From the human T2T-CHM13v2.0 reference genome, Homo sapiens: a stretch of 64,000 bases of DNA. Position 1 is the stretch's first letter. The number at the start of each line of letters is the position of its first letter. The translations under genes and the position numbers were made by a program. Under the pieces are notes generated by a model. The model ran no database searches, was not told the DNA's origin, and saw only the letters and a program-made list of their open reading frames with translations. Below are positions 41,222 through 54,662 of the stretch, in pieces. The stretch lies in assembly GCF_009914755.1 (NCBI RefSeq), contig NC_060932.1. One strand, given 5' to 3'.

Positions 41222-41318
41222 ATTTTTCCTTGTCTAAGAATTAAATGTGTCACACAGCATCCTGACAATATTTTTCCTTGTCTAAGAATTAAATGTGTCA
41301 CACAGTATCCTGACAATA
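41222..41318. repeat. 48-bp tandem duplication (2 copies)
   Basis: atttttccttgtctaagaattaaatgtgtcacacagYatcctgacaat at 41222 and 41270; 1 mismatch. Confidence 0.95.
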
Positions 41319-42139
41319 GCAATACAAATACTCTTTCCATGTTTGATTCTAAAATAGAGCTTATGTCCAAAAAAAAAAAAAAAACAGTGTTAAAACCTGA
41401 ATAAAGAAAGTACTAGTCAAGTGATCTTATATATTTACAAAGGATTTCTGTTTCTGATAAAACAACAACAAAATACCCAACTTAAATTAATATAATTTGG
41501 GATACATTTTGTTATTTAAAAATAATTTAAATTTAAAACACAGAACATGCCAGATGATTTTGTATAGTAAAAACTTTCCTTGGGAAATAGGACTGCATCT
41601 TTGCGATTTGCTATATAATGCTTTTAGCAAAAGGCGCCACATACAACAAAAAACTATAATTAACATTTTAGAAGGCAAAGCATGCCTAGATGAATGGAGA
41701 CACTTGGAAAAAAATTGGGCTCCATGTCTGAACTGTTTACATTAACAACTTATGCTGTGAAAATGCCTCATTGATATGAGCTTCCTCATTTGGAGGAAAA
41801 AAGTCGCAACCCTCTTTATAAGGCTCTCCATTATACCACATGGAACGACCAATGTTTTCATTTCTGCCTACCAAATGCCGAAGGCAAGTTTGAATGAAAC
41901 AGGGTGTGATAACACCAAAGGTTTTCTTTTTAAGGGAAGTAATGTTATTTCATTAACAAACCATTGTTGTGAAATAAACAGAATTCCATGTAAGCTTGGT
42001 GTTTTAAATAATTGAAACATTAACTTGGTCGTGGACTAACGGATTCAGAAATTTAAATGTTGAAAATAGTTTCACTGTGCAGAGTAGAGAACAAATCACT
42101 TTATTGGATTGAAATCTAGAACTGTTCTGGTATACAAAC

Positions 42140-42184
42140 CTGGAGTTTTAGTAACTGTTTCATTAACTTCTCTCACTCCTTTAC
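42140..42184 (-). CDS. CSMD1: CSMD1 45-nt microexon, linker after last Sushi (not in ORF track)
   Basis: 45 nt, phase 1-1; gtctttttacttgtag|GT ... CCAG|gtttgt; SKGVREVNETVTKTP, in frame with both neighbours. Confidence 0.88.
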
Positions 42185-43409
42185 CTACAAGTAAAAAGAC
42201 AAATTATCATTTTAAAAAAAACATTTATTTTTGAGTAAGTTTGAAAAAATGTCAAATTGAAGCAATTTTCCTTTCTCCAGATTTTTTTAATGTACAAAAT
42301 ATGAATACCTTATACATATACATTTTAAACTCATGTCTTTACAGCAGAATATTCTTGGTGTTTGTGGGAAAGCGGAGTTTAAGGATGAAAAATCAATGTA
42401 CATCTATCTATGTATATTTCCATTTAAAGTGCTACAACAGAGAGCCTTGCAAAGGAGGGTGCCTTCTATGACATTTCTTGTATCCTGTTTGGAATACCCT
42501 GCCACATACTAAAAGGTAACACCCCACCCAAATAACCATGATGTTACAGTCCCTCTTCATTGACCAATACCCCACCCAAATCAATCAATTTATACGTTAC
42601 TACTGAAAAATTCAAAATTATTTCCATTGCAGAATGTTCATTTTGGTCTATCAAGTTAGATTTAAGTCATAATTTCTTAGCTTTCACAGTTTTAGATCAA
42701 ACTACGAATTACCATTTTAAAAGTTTTCATTCTTCTATTTCTAACAGGGAAGGGCAAGGGAAACAAAAGTCTCTTTAAAATCCCTAATATGAGAACTATA
42801 AATAGGCTCCAGGAAACAAAACCTAAAGTCACTGACTGTCTCACACGCCATCATTTTTGGTTTATGCTGTTTAGACTCCATGGATTTATAAATTACAAAC
42901 AGGGGAGAACCTGTAAGTGTAGCTATCGTCAAATCTGACCCAGGCTGATGACTCTCACTTGTAAACACACAAATTTGTAATTAATGGATCGTTTCCATGT
43001 GAATTGCTTTTGTAATTTTAAAAAGCAGAATCAATGTCAGGGACACATAAACTGAGGTTTTACCACAAACAGCATGTGGTCTTAAAAATAAGACAGAGTT
43101 TCATTTACCTATTCTCGGATACTTGGTGACCTTTATTCATTTTCATCTCTAAGAACTACTTTTCCTGAAACTATACCAAGTATTATTTTCCTTTTAACTC
43201 AGAATGCTTTTCTTTAACCAAATAGCTTTTCTCTTTTGGCTTGAAATAATGCAATCATTTTATTATGTACTAATTGCATACTAATTGTACTATATATTTA
43301 GCTATGCCACCATTGCATCAAACACTGAGGATACACACGTTCACACACACAGCTCACGCACATGAAGCACGACTGAGGCAGGTGGCGATGCTGCAGCCTC
43401 ATGCTCTTA

Positions 43410-43778
<369 letters not shown>

Positions 43779-43827
43779 TTATGCAGTCAATATGTATATA
43801 TACATATATATACACATATATATGTAT

Positions 43828-43954
43828 ATTTTTTTTGGTAGAGATGAAGTCTTGCTATGTTGTCCAGTCTGTGCTAGAACTCCTGACCTCAAGCTATTCT
43901 CCTGTTTTGACCTCCCAAAGTACTGGGATTACAGGCATGAGCCACTACACCCAT
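43828..43954 (-). mobile_element. FLAM/Alu left monomer next to a (TA)n tract
   Basis: tttggtagagatg...cctcccaaagtactgggattacaggcatgagccac. Confidence 0.85.
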
Positions 43955-44351
43955 CCTATATATATTTATACATAGGTAATTATGTGCAAAGATTTAGAGA
44001 TCACAGCTTTGAAATAAAAACACTTCTGCTATACTACCGAAATAAATATGTTAAAGATCCTTAAAAGCCCAGTCTTATAAATTATAGAGACTGGTGAATA
44101 TTTAGATATGCCTTGATTTTGTTCTTGTGGAAACTACCAAATTTATTACTCAATTTAATTAATTATTTTGATAAAACTTTAATGTGTATTTAGAAACTTA
44201 ATATAGATTCTTATTTTCTTTGAAATATAATTTAGGAATAAATGAGACTGTGATGTATACTCTATATCTCAAATCACTCCATTCCTTATAAAGTTTGCAT
44301 ACATGCTGCAAATAAAGGATTGACATATTATTATAAAACAAGTTTACAATT

Positions 44352-44671
44352 TTATTTATTTATTTTTATTTATTTATTTTTTATTTATTTTTTGAGTCTC
44401 GCTGTGTTGCCCAGGCTGGAATGCAGTGGCACGATCTCCGCTCGCTGCAAGCTCCTCCTCCTGGGTTCACGCCATTCTCCTGACTCAGCCTCCCCAGTAG
44501 CTGGGACTACAGGCACCCGCCACCATGCCCGGCTAATTTTTTGTAGTTTTTTTAGTAGAGATGGGATTTCACCATGTTAGCCAGGATGGTCTCGATCTCC
44601 TGACCTCGTGATCCACCTGCCTCGGCCTCCCAAAATGCTGGGATTATAGGCATGAGCCAGCATGCCCAGCC
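44352..44671 (-). mobile_element. AluY
   Basis: ctgcaagctcc, ttcacgccattctcc, gttagccaggatggtctcgatctcc; (TTTA)n tail; TSD aagtttacaatt. Confidence 0.94.
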
Positions 44672-45289
44672 AAGTTTACAATTCTAAAATTGTGCATGCA
44701 GTTGTTTTGAATGTTGTCACTATTTCACTAATTAGTAACCACAACAAATACCTGATATTATCAAGCTCCATATTATATATAAACATGCATATATATATGT
44801 GTATGTATATACATATATATGTACATGTACTATCAACATATACTTTGAGTAATGATTTAGAGCAGAGATAATTTTAAAATAAATACACCCAAAAATCACA
44901 CCTTATATACTGAGATTTTTATAACATTCTATTAATGTTTTTATTTTTAATACAGTAAGAATAAGACACCGCATTTCACTAAATTCAGAGTGAGTGAAAT
45001 GAATAATTCACATACTACTCATCCATATATTTTTTCTAATTCTCATGATTAAGTCACAAAATAAAATGTGATCCTTAAGTATGTATTTGAATGATCAATT
45101 CATATATACTTCCTGTTATAGCAAGAATAATTTTTTAAACACTTCTACTTAGACTCTGACATATGACGTTATTCAGTTCATCCTCTCTTTGGTAATTTGA
45201 TGTAAATATCCTAGGAGAATAATAGCACGTACAAATAAGTTTTCCCTCTAAGAATGTTCAATATAACATTATGCACTTATCTTCGGTTT

Positions 45290-45490
45290 CATGCAGTTTC
45301 TCAGACTTTACAGTGCCTGAGAATCTCCTGGAGCGCTTGTTAAACTAAACTGTCCCCCTTCTCTCCTCCCTGGCTCCCTCCAGAGGCTCTGGTTCAAGGT
45401 CAAGGATGGGGCTTGAGAGCAGCCTTCACAGCCCAATGTCCAGCCAATGGTTATGCTGCCAGTTCTAGGGAACCAAACTTTGAGGACATC
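45290..45490. mobile_element. MER5A-like hAT DNA element
   Basis: tttctcagacttta...gaatctcctggagcgcttgttaaa...tgctgccagttc...accaaactttgag. Confidence 0.6.
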
Positions 45491-45540
45491 CGAAAATTTA
45501 GGATTAGGGAATTAAAAACAATTTCTCATTATTTCCCTTA

Positions 45541-45723
<183 letters not shown>

Positions 45724-46998
45724 CTAGAGAGGAAATCCAATACTAGCTTCAGAGGCCAAGGGAATATACGAAGTGTCAACTAGTGATACCTGAAAGTACA
45801 CGCCCGAGTAAAAGTACAGCAGCAACTTTTCAGGTTAATGTCAAGCCACTGTCTAAGTCAACATGTACATTTTAACTGCCTGCTACAGTGTTACACACAA
45901 TGTAGATTGCTCAATGAATAATGTAAGATCTTCTCGAATTTTGAAAATTTAGACGGCTGTTTGGGTAAAGAAATTATGCCTTTTCTGTTTTAGAGTTCTT
46001 TCTTTTTTGTTTGTAATAATTATTATTTCCTTTTTCATTTTTTTCCTGCCACTCACATTTGAAACAACTGGTATTTATTAGAAAATTACTTTTGTTAGCA
46101 TTCCAAGGGGATTGGTCAACTCCTACTCATACAGAGTCCACCAAAACTCTACCTGTCTTTCTGATGCTTCAAACTGTACAAACTATTTACTGTTGTCTGA
46201 ATGTCTGAGGCGTCTTCCTCACCAGGTCTTCACAAAGCTAACCCCCACTTAATTCTCTGTACTTTGCTTAAACTGCACATCCGCTGCAGATTCTTCTCTG
46301 ATCCTCCAAGAATGAATCACATTCAGCTTGAATGCATTTCCCCAACGTATCTGCTCCACTCACCACAGTGTCCTGGAATTACCTGTATATTTATTCACCC
46401 ATGTGTGTTCCTAATTTAACCAGAGGTGCCTTGAGGGGCAGATTCCTGTGATCTGTAAATGTCTTTTTTAGAGAATGAGCTATGGTCGTGTGTTGAGGGG
46501 CACCAAAGATCATCCATGGTTCTGTGTATCTGCAGCATGAGGCCAGCATGACTCATGTATACAGGGAGAGGAAAGCAGCCCCCAGGGAAGGCGGGTTTGC
46601 ACTCATCCCAGCTTGGCTTGGGACCAGATTATTTCCTTAAAGCTTGACTTATGAAGGCACATAAGTGCACCAAGTTAGCATCCAAAGATTTGAATTCCCC
46701 TCTTGTTTCTTGCTCTGAGAATTTTAACCAGTTATTTAATTCCCTGTGTCTGCCTTCTCACAGGCATAAGCCCATACCTCCCATGTTGGGATTCCGGGAA
46801 GAATAACTACAAGTAAAATGCAAGGAAATAGTTGGTACACTGAATAGTGTGAAAGGATATCAGGAGAAAAAAAATGCTGCTTCTAGCACTTGATAAAGTG
46901 GAAGTATGAATTTATAAAGAAAAGTACAAATTTATCTAAATGTCAAATCAATAGCTAATTTAAGATTCAATGATGGGAAAGCGTTGACTCATTTACTC

Positions 46999-47314
46999 TT
47001 GATTGATTGATTGATTGACTGATCGATTTAAACTTTAGAGTCAGGGCCTCTCTCTATTGCCCAGAGTATACAGCACAGTGGTGCAATCATAGCTCATTGC
47101 ATCCTTGACCTCCAGGGCTCAAGTAGCTCCCATCTCAGCCTTCTGCACAGCTGTGACAACAGGTGCACCTTACCATGCCCAGATGATTTTTTGTATTCTT
47201 TGTAGAAATAGGGTCTTGCTATGTTGCCCAGGCTGTTCTCCTGGCCTCAAGCGATTCTTCTGCCTGGGCCTCCCAAAGTGCTGGGATTACAGGCGTGAGC
47301 TGCTGCTCCCAGCC
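46999..47314 (-). mobile_element. AluJ-type element with (TTGA)n tail
   Basis: Diverged reverse Alu. Confidence 0.9.
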
Positions 47315-48855
47315 CACTTCCTCTCTATCAGGAACGGTGTCCATCAACTCTCCATGCAAGCATGTTTGCAATTCCAACCAGACCTCCTGGTAAACATGCT
47401 GACATTCTCAGGAAGGTCATGGATAACCTGTATCATTTACTGGCAGAAAGAAAATACAGTCTCCTTCTCAATAATTTTTTTTTTAGCAGAATATACCGAG
47501 CCACTGCAAACTGATTATCATACACTAACCCTGGAGCTACGGGTTTCGGGGACACGCTGGCTGGAGAACGGGAGGTAGTCATTTAAGCTGCAAGATTAAC
47601 ATAGCCTAACACAGGGACATTTCACACTGAAATGGCTCACTTTGTGTAAGTAAGGTTTCAGCATATGGTGCTAAAGAAAACAGACAAAAATCTCATTGGT
47701 TACTTTAAAAACTAAAATGTTCCTAATAAAGGAAGAAATAAAAACATTTGGGGAGAGCTGCATTTCATGGTCTCAACCTTCTCCTTAAAACATGGTGTCT
47801 GGGCTCTTTAAATTATTAGTAAATCTTGCTGTTGGATAAAATCAATTATTCGTGTTAGTGTAACTAATTTGTTATAAGGAGGGTGAAGGATTTATCCAAC
47901 CCTATTAGTGTCATATGATAGGTTATAGAACTATGTTGCTAAATACAGTCATCATTGACTTTTAATTACTGTAAGTTGTACATAGGCAAGTTAAGAATTG
48001 CTCAAAGCAATGGTGATCAAAATTTTATTTTTCTTAGTGAATCAGTGAGAGCGACATCCATATATAGTATTTTCCAATATTCCTTGACAATTTGGCATTA
48101 AATATTTATATACCTGAAAGTATTTACTTGAAGTTTAAGGCAATATTTGAGACATAATAGAAAATGTGCTAGAGTCAGTATATTATTAGCTCCCTGTAAG
48201 GACTTCCCCTGTGGGATGCAAGAGAGCTACAAGGAAATGGCCACTCTGTGTCCGAGCGAGAACAATGGGAATATTTTCGTGCTCACGAGAGATGGGGAAA
48301 GTGGCTGAGGAAGAAGGTTTTTTATTCTTAATTGATGAGATCCCTATATAATTAACTTTTGTTTTCAAAGTCATCCAACCAGATAACAGTGAAGTTATGG
48401 GAGTACTTAAGATGGTTAAAACATTTTATTTCAAGCTTCATTACCTTCCACTTTTAGGTATTTCTCCAACGTTCACTGAAGTGTTAGTGTTCATTTTATT
48501 AAAAGTCAAATGAACGTTCCAAAATGATATTTAGTACGCTAATAATTCATAGAAATTTAAAGATCATACGGAGAACTAATTTCACAAGTAAGTTTAGACT
48601 AAGGGGCTTACATACATTTTCTCCTATTTTTATCTCTAGAATTTAATATTATTTCCCCACTATATCCAGTCCCTAAGTGGAACCTTTTATGGGTAGCTAA
48701 TCAGTGACAAGTTACCCCAATCTGAGAACTGCCGTGAGAATTTAACAGACAAATAATAGAATCATGCATGATTTCAAATAGAAAATAATGTAATAGTTGC
48801 TATGTTAATTTCTATATGAAATTATGCATTATTCCATTATTATCTAGTAAGCAAG

Positions 48856-48888
<33 letters not shown>
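48856..48888. repeat. (TA)n microsatellite
   Basis: Near-pure TA run. Confidence 0.92.
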
Positions 48889-49056
48889 TTGATTTTGACA
48901 GTTAAAAACACATGTAGAAATCCCCTTTGAACGAATTTTATTCAGGTAAATATAACATGAATAAGGTATGATATAAAAAAGCACTCACATATGTTTAAGT
49001 AACAAATATATTTTATATTTCCAGAAAGAAAACATAGTAAATTCATAATGAACTAC

Positions 49057-49130
49057 CTCATAGCCTCTGGAGCTATTCTGTATTCCAAAGTGTGGCGTAC
49101 CAGGGTCTGGGCAGGTGTTATGAGCAGGAT
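49057..49130 (-). CDS. CSMD1: CSMD1 coding exon, N-terminal part of a split Sushi domain (not in ORF track)
   Basis: 74 nt, phase 1-0; aaatttcag|AT ... TATGAG|gtagtt; DPAHNTCPDPGTPHFGIQNSSRGYE. Confidence 0.94.
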
Positions 49131-50381
49131 CTGAAATTTGTGATTTAAAAAGAAAAGAGGGCACCAGATATAGTTATTGTGAGAATTTTAACAGCTTTCA
49201 CTAAAAGGTCTCATGAAATAGAGAAAATATTGTTTTGAGAAATGTGCAAGATGTTTTTCAGGAAAGTTAAAAATTAAATTGCTACTTTTATCTTCTCTTC
49301 AAGACATGTTTTTTAGATGTTAACTTTTAGACTTTAAGTAGTTCAGTATGTTCTTCTTATATAAGAATAAGTGCATTTTTTTTCCATTCTCTGGCTTTTT
49401 TTTCTATAGAAATATATTTGGTCAATGATATACTATCTTCAATAATGACCTATCACTATCTTTTTGCTTATTAGGATTCAATAATTGGCCATCTCATTTG
49501 GTTACCCATTACATTATTCTGAGTTTCTTTAATTAATTTTCCTCAACATTTCAAAATGAAAAATATATTTAATGCTTCATAATGGAACCACATGGAAAAC
49601 CAAGAGTGACATTTTTCAAAAAACACAGGACTTGGGTAACCCAGTGGCACTTCAGCTCTCTTACTTGCTGCTCTACAGTTACCAGTAGAAAAACAAAACA
49701 GATAACTTCTTAAAACCTGTTATCTAGAGTGACTAACCTTCTAGGGGGAAGAAAAATATTTTTAGTGTAGAGATAGCTACTGTATAGCAATAGTTTAAAT
49801 CAAATGACAGCAAATATTCTTCTAATTAGAAAAAATGCTTCAATGACAATATTTCTTTAATACTATATTTTCTAGGTGGATACTATTCAATTTCTTAGAA
49901 AATAATCAAGACTAAGTATTACTTTTTTACTAAAAATTAGTAGAACACCCATTATTCTGCTTAGTAAATCTCAATGAACAAAATTAACCCAGCGATAAAA
50001 CTTGACTCTGCAGCAATAAAACAACAGCAAGACTGTCTCTCTGGGGAGGGCTGCTTTAGAGAATGTTCCTACCTGCACCTTTCCCCTAAACAATGCAATT
50101 GGCAGTTAAGGTAGACAGCGGAGAGAGCCACTGAGGTCAGAGAACAAAGTCTAGTAGCTACTTTAGCAGACTTCTGACTTATTTTGCATGATTTAAAAGA
50201 GGTGGCACATCAGTTTAGCTGATGAGTGCGCAATCCTACTCAGTGCAAAAATTATTACCTTGTACAGAAAACTGTCTATGGAAACACTTTCTATGTAATC
50301 ACAAATGACCCAATTTCGGAATGAAGCGTCCTCATCTCCAAATACTCCCAGGTATCCCCAGAGCTGTATGATAATTATTAC

Positions 50382-50555
50382 CAATGCAGGTGGGTTGTAT
50401 GCCGCTCCACGTGCCGTCAGCTTGGCAGACTCTTCTGGAGGATCCCACGAGTATAAATGGAGATTTGCACTGGAAGAAGACTTCGGACTTATAGGTGAAA
50501 CTTTTCCCACTAAGTCGCCCTTCTGCGGGGATGCCAGGGTCTCCGCAGAACACAG
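50382..50555 (-). CDS. CSMD1: CSMD1 coding exon, Sushi domain
   Basis: 174 nt, phase 1-1; cttccatag|CT ... ATTG|gtaata; PVFCGDPGIPAEGRLSGKSFTYKSEVFFQCKSPFILVGSSRRVCQADGTWSGIQPTCI. Confidence 0.96.
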
Positions 50556-50660
50556 CTATGGAAGATAACCAGGAAGAAGTCAGCCTTCAACGTCCCTGGA
50601 TCAGCTTCACCAATTGAGCTTGGTAACTAGTTTCTGTTAAATCTTTAGCTTTAACTATTA

Positions 50661-50981
<321 letters not shown>

Positions 50982-51137
50982 TTAGGCAACACAGTCTCAA
51001 GTTTGAGTTTTTGTGTATTTTAGGGCTATTATTACCCACCAGGAAGGTCCTCAGATTGTAACCTTAGGATGTGCCCTGGTTATCCGTCCCTGTTGCAGAC
51101 CTGCAGTGGGCGGAACAAATTCTGCTGTAGAACTTAC

Positions 51138-51311
51138 GGAGACACTGGGGGATCTCTCCTTTCCACACCCCGCGACCTTCACAGGAGAGGATGGCGGAGT
51201 GAGAGAGCTGGTAACCGTCCATGCAGCTGTAACTTATGCTGGAGCCCCAGCGGAAATCACTTCCCTCCACTGTTCCATTCTGCACCGGCGGCGGCTGAGG
51301 ACACAGCACGG
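51138..51311 (-). CDS. CSMD1: CSMD1 coding exon, Sushi domain
   Basis: 174 nt, phase 1-1; aaatag|CC ... CTCC|gtaagt; AVLCPQPPPVQNGTVEGSDFRWGSSISYSCMDGYQLSHSAILSCEGRGVWKGEIPQCL. Confidence 0.96.
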
Positions 51312-52889
51312 CTATTTCCAAAGAACAAACAAGATCAACATTCCGGAGCTCCCGCTGCAGCGGTGATGTTCAAACGATTCCCATTTTAATTTTACCTGAA
51401 TTACAAATGACATCTACATAGGTTTTTAAAAAAAAATAATAAAAGAATTGCCAAGGAAGACAGTACATCAAAATAACAAAATATTTTTTAGAATATTTCT
51501 TCATTAATATCGATGAAGTCTATAAAAGCAAAGTCAAGTCAAAACATATAGGATTGAACATGACATTCCCAATATATACAAGGCCAAGAAAGGAAGAAAC
51601 GTTCTTGCTTAATTTGTGTCTTTTTATGATGGTTACCAAAGACAATTCGAATGAGGATTTGGTCAGATGACACAAATTTATAGGCACAGATGGTAAGAAT
51701 TTTTCTGGCCATCTGTATTTTTTATTTAAAGATGGCATATAGTTTCCAAAAGACACAGTCGGTCCATCTATTTACTGAATATATTTTTTTAGAAATGCCT
51801 GAATGGTTAAAGAAGATGCTGTGGAATACCATTTGCAAGTGTTTCATCACAGCCTTGGAGCCTGATGTCCACTTTATGGGGCTGAGAAGCAAGCACGTGG
51901 TTGCTAGGGAGGATTTCCCCGAGGGTGATGTCACGAGAGATCACCTTCCCCACTCTAGAAATTATACTAAAATGCACAAAGGGAGGCAAAAATCCAAAAA
52001 CCACTGTCTAAAATCCTTCTTCTCTGAAGATACACAACTTCCCTAGTTTTTGAAATGAATGGAAGTTTCCAAGTGACCCTGTAGGTAGCAGAAGGCACTA
52101 CAAAAGAACAACCGCTTGCATTTTGTGTGTTCAGGCTCATGCCTTCTCATGTGAGAAAGACATGCCAACACACACAAATCACATGTGCACACCCAAAAGT
52201 TGGAAATGGGTCCTTCCCTCACCACTCCACCTTCTACTGATCTGTTCACTCGTTCAACAAATCCTTCCTGAGACCCCACAGCGAGGGCTGGGGAAATGCG
52301 TGTTCTGGCCCAAGGGAATGTCCAGGGGGAGGCCCCAGTTGGAAGAGACCTGAGCTACATGGGTCCCCTGGGGGCAGGGGGAATGGGAGGAGACAAGTTC
52401 AAGGAGGGACAGAGAGAGAAAGAGGTCCCATCTGGTAGGGACTTGCTGGCCGTGGTGTTGTTACAAACACAATGGGTACTAGAAAGAGGATAAAAATCCA
52501 CAGAATTATGCATGAAGCATATTTTATTGGCAATTTCCATCATGACCATTTGACCTGAATACTGCCGACACAACGTAGTGCATTTTCATTCAAATTCAAC
52601 ATTTATTTAGCGTCAGCTATATCACAGGTGCAGTATTAAGAGTTACAATACAAAGAAGGGAAGGCAATGAGATCCTTTGACTCTACTGGGAGACGAAAGC
52701 AGGATGGTCCAAGAACACGCCCATGTCAGAAGAGAGAGAAAGCCATATTTTTGAGCATTCAGGTCACATTTAAGCCTCTGCCACATTTAACCATGTGTCT
52801 TGCAGAACTCACCGAAGATGAAACCTTCTCCATAAGCTACTGAGTGTCCTAACTCTCCCTCCCTCAGTATTTTATTTGTTCCTAGTCTA

Positions 52890-53240
52890 ATAAGGAGGAG
52901 AATGCCATCTTCTTATGTTTGGTCACTGACAGCTTTCAAGCCCCTCTCTCCCCCTCTTCTTGTCCTTCCTCTGCACCAGCTGATAAGAAAGTCTGGATAG
53001 TTCTTCTTTGCTTCTGGTAAATAAACTGTCACCACGCAAATCCCTGGCCCTTGCACAGCCGCCACTCAGCCCTGCTCCCTGTCACTGTAAGAGCCAAGCC
53101 CACTCACTCTGCTTTACTGAAGCCACCTTGATGAGTTGAGCCTGTCTTGATTTGCCCAGAGGGTCCAGTCACATAAGTCATAAACCTCTTCCTGCCTTCT
53201 CGGCCAGTGTCATCTTCAGTCTCGGCAACCAAACCCCATG
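52890..53240 (+). mobile_element. Old ERVL-type solo LTR (MER54-like)
   Basis: ccatct..ttatgttt..ctgacagctttcaagcccc...gctgataagaaag...accacgcaa...taaacctctt. Confidence 0.55.
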
Positions 53241-53690
53241 AAACATCACGGTGCTAACACTCTCTACCAGTGCTCTGCCATTACTAGGTGATTGGCTCGT
53301 CTCTCCAACCTGCCTCTAAATTCCTACAATTAGATTCACCATGCCACGAACACCTCACACAGCTAGGGTCACAGGTTTACCCAGGACAGCAAAGCACTGG
53401 GGTTCAGACACAGACTCTAGGGTGGCGTGACCGTCACTGAACCCCGACATCTCCAGTTCCTGGTTTGTGATCCTAAGCCTTTTCCTCTACCTCGCTATGA
53501 GTTAGTTTTTCCATCTGTAAAACTGAGATTAAAGTATTATAAAAATAAAGTGACTTAATAGTTGCAAATTGCTGTTCAAGAATTCCTAGCCCCTAGAAGG
53601 GCTACATAAATGCTTGCAAAATTAAACAAAGCATAATTCAATAAAGACTTCTATACACATCTGTAAAATCCAAAGAGTCACCAAACAAAC

Positions 53691-53870
53691 CTTTGCAGAC
53701 AGGTTTGCTCGGATTCCACCTGCCGTCTTTGGTACAGCGAATAGTGGCGGATGTGACTGCTTCCATGACATAGCCTGGGTTACACTGATAGCTCACAGTC
53801 TTGTTGAAGGTGAAGTCGGTCCCAAACTGGATGCCATTTGCTAGTGTGCCTGGATCCCCACAACTTATAA
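53691..53870 (-). CDS. CSMD1: CSMD1 coding exon, Sushi domain (not in ORF track)
   Basis: 180 nt, phase 1-1; tgtttattag|TT ... AAAG|gtttgt; hand translation IISCGDPGTLANGIQFGTDFTFNKTVSYQCNPGYVMEAVTSATIRCTKDGRWNPSKPVCK. Confidence 0.95.
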
Positions 53871-54485
53871 CTAATAAACAGGGAACAGGAAAGAATCAGA
53901 GAAATTCATTTACCATGAAATGAATTAGTCACCATTTCTATTCAAGATACTCTCTCTGAGTTGCTATTCACAGTGGTTAAGCAGTGAATTAATACAGCAA
54001 TACTACCCTCTGTGTGATGATTTCACTGACCCGCTGTCAGAAGGAACACTTGTATTTTGAGAATCACTGATTTCTGTTCCGTTGGCAGCTGGCTGTCAGA
54101 TGCTGACTTCCACCCCTTGACTAGCCCCTAATTAGGCATGGGGTATAATCAGAAAGATGAAGCCTGCAGCCAGAGAACCAAAGACATTTCTTCTTTCTCT
54201 GCAGACCCAGTGGTCTACAGACAAAGTCTGGACTTTTTTGGTCTCAATTTTACAATGTTTGACTGAACTGGCCTTTTAAAGTAGCTTCAGCCATACGAAT
54301 AAGCAACTGGAAAAAAAATCTTAAAGTACTTAAGAAATACAGCCACAATGTCACACATAGTTTTCCCTTTTTTCCTCTATGAATTAAAAATAAAAAAACA
54401 GTATAACACCTTAAAGTCATTTTTTTTCCCAATGGAGTGAATTTCATAGTAACGTCTGAGTCTACCATGATGTCTGCTTACTAAC

Positions 54486-54662
54486 TTGTGCAGTCGGGAG
54501 CAGTGCCTGTCCAGGTCCCATTGGCTGTGCAATGCCGTGTCATGAGCCCTGAGGTCTTGTAGCCTTCCCAGCAGGCATAGATGACCGAGCTGGAGAACAG
54601 AATGCCATCACTACTGACAATCATTCCGTTGGTGGGTGTGCCAGGGTTGCCACAGGACACGG
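54486..54662 (-). CDS. CSMD1: CSMD1 coding exon, Sushi domain
   Basis: 177 nt, phase 1-1; cctaacag|CC ... ACAA|gttagt; AVSCGNPGTPTNGMIVSSDGILFSSSVIYACWEGYKTSGLMTRHCTANGTWTGTAPDCT. Confidence 0.96.
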
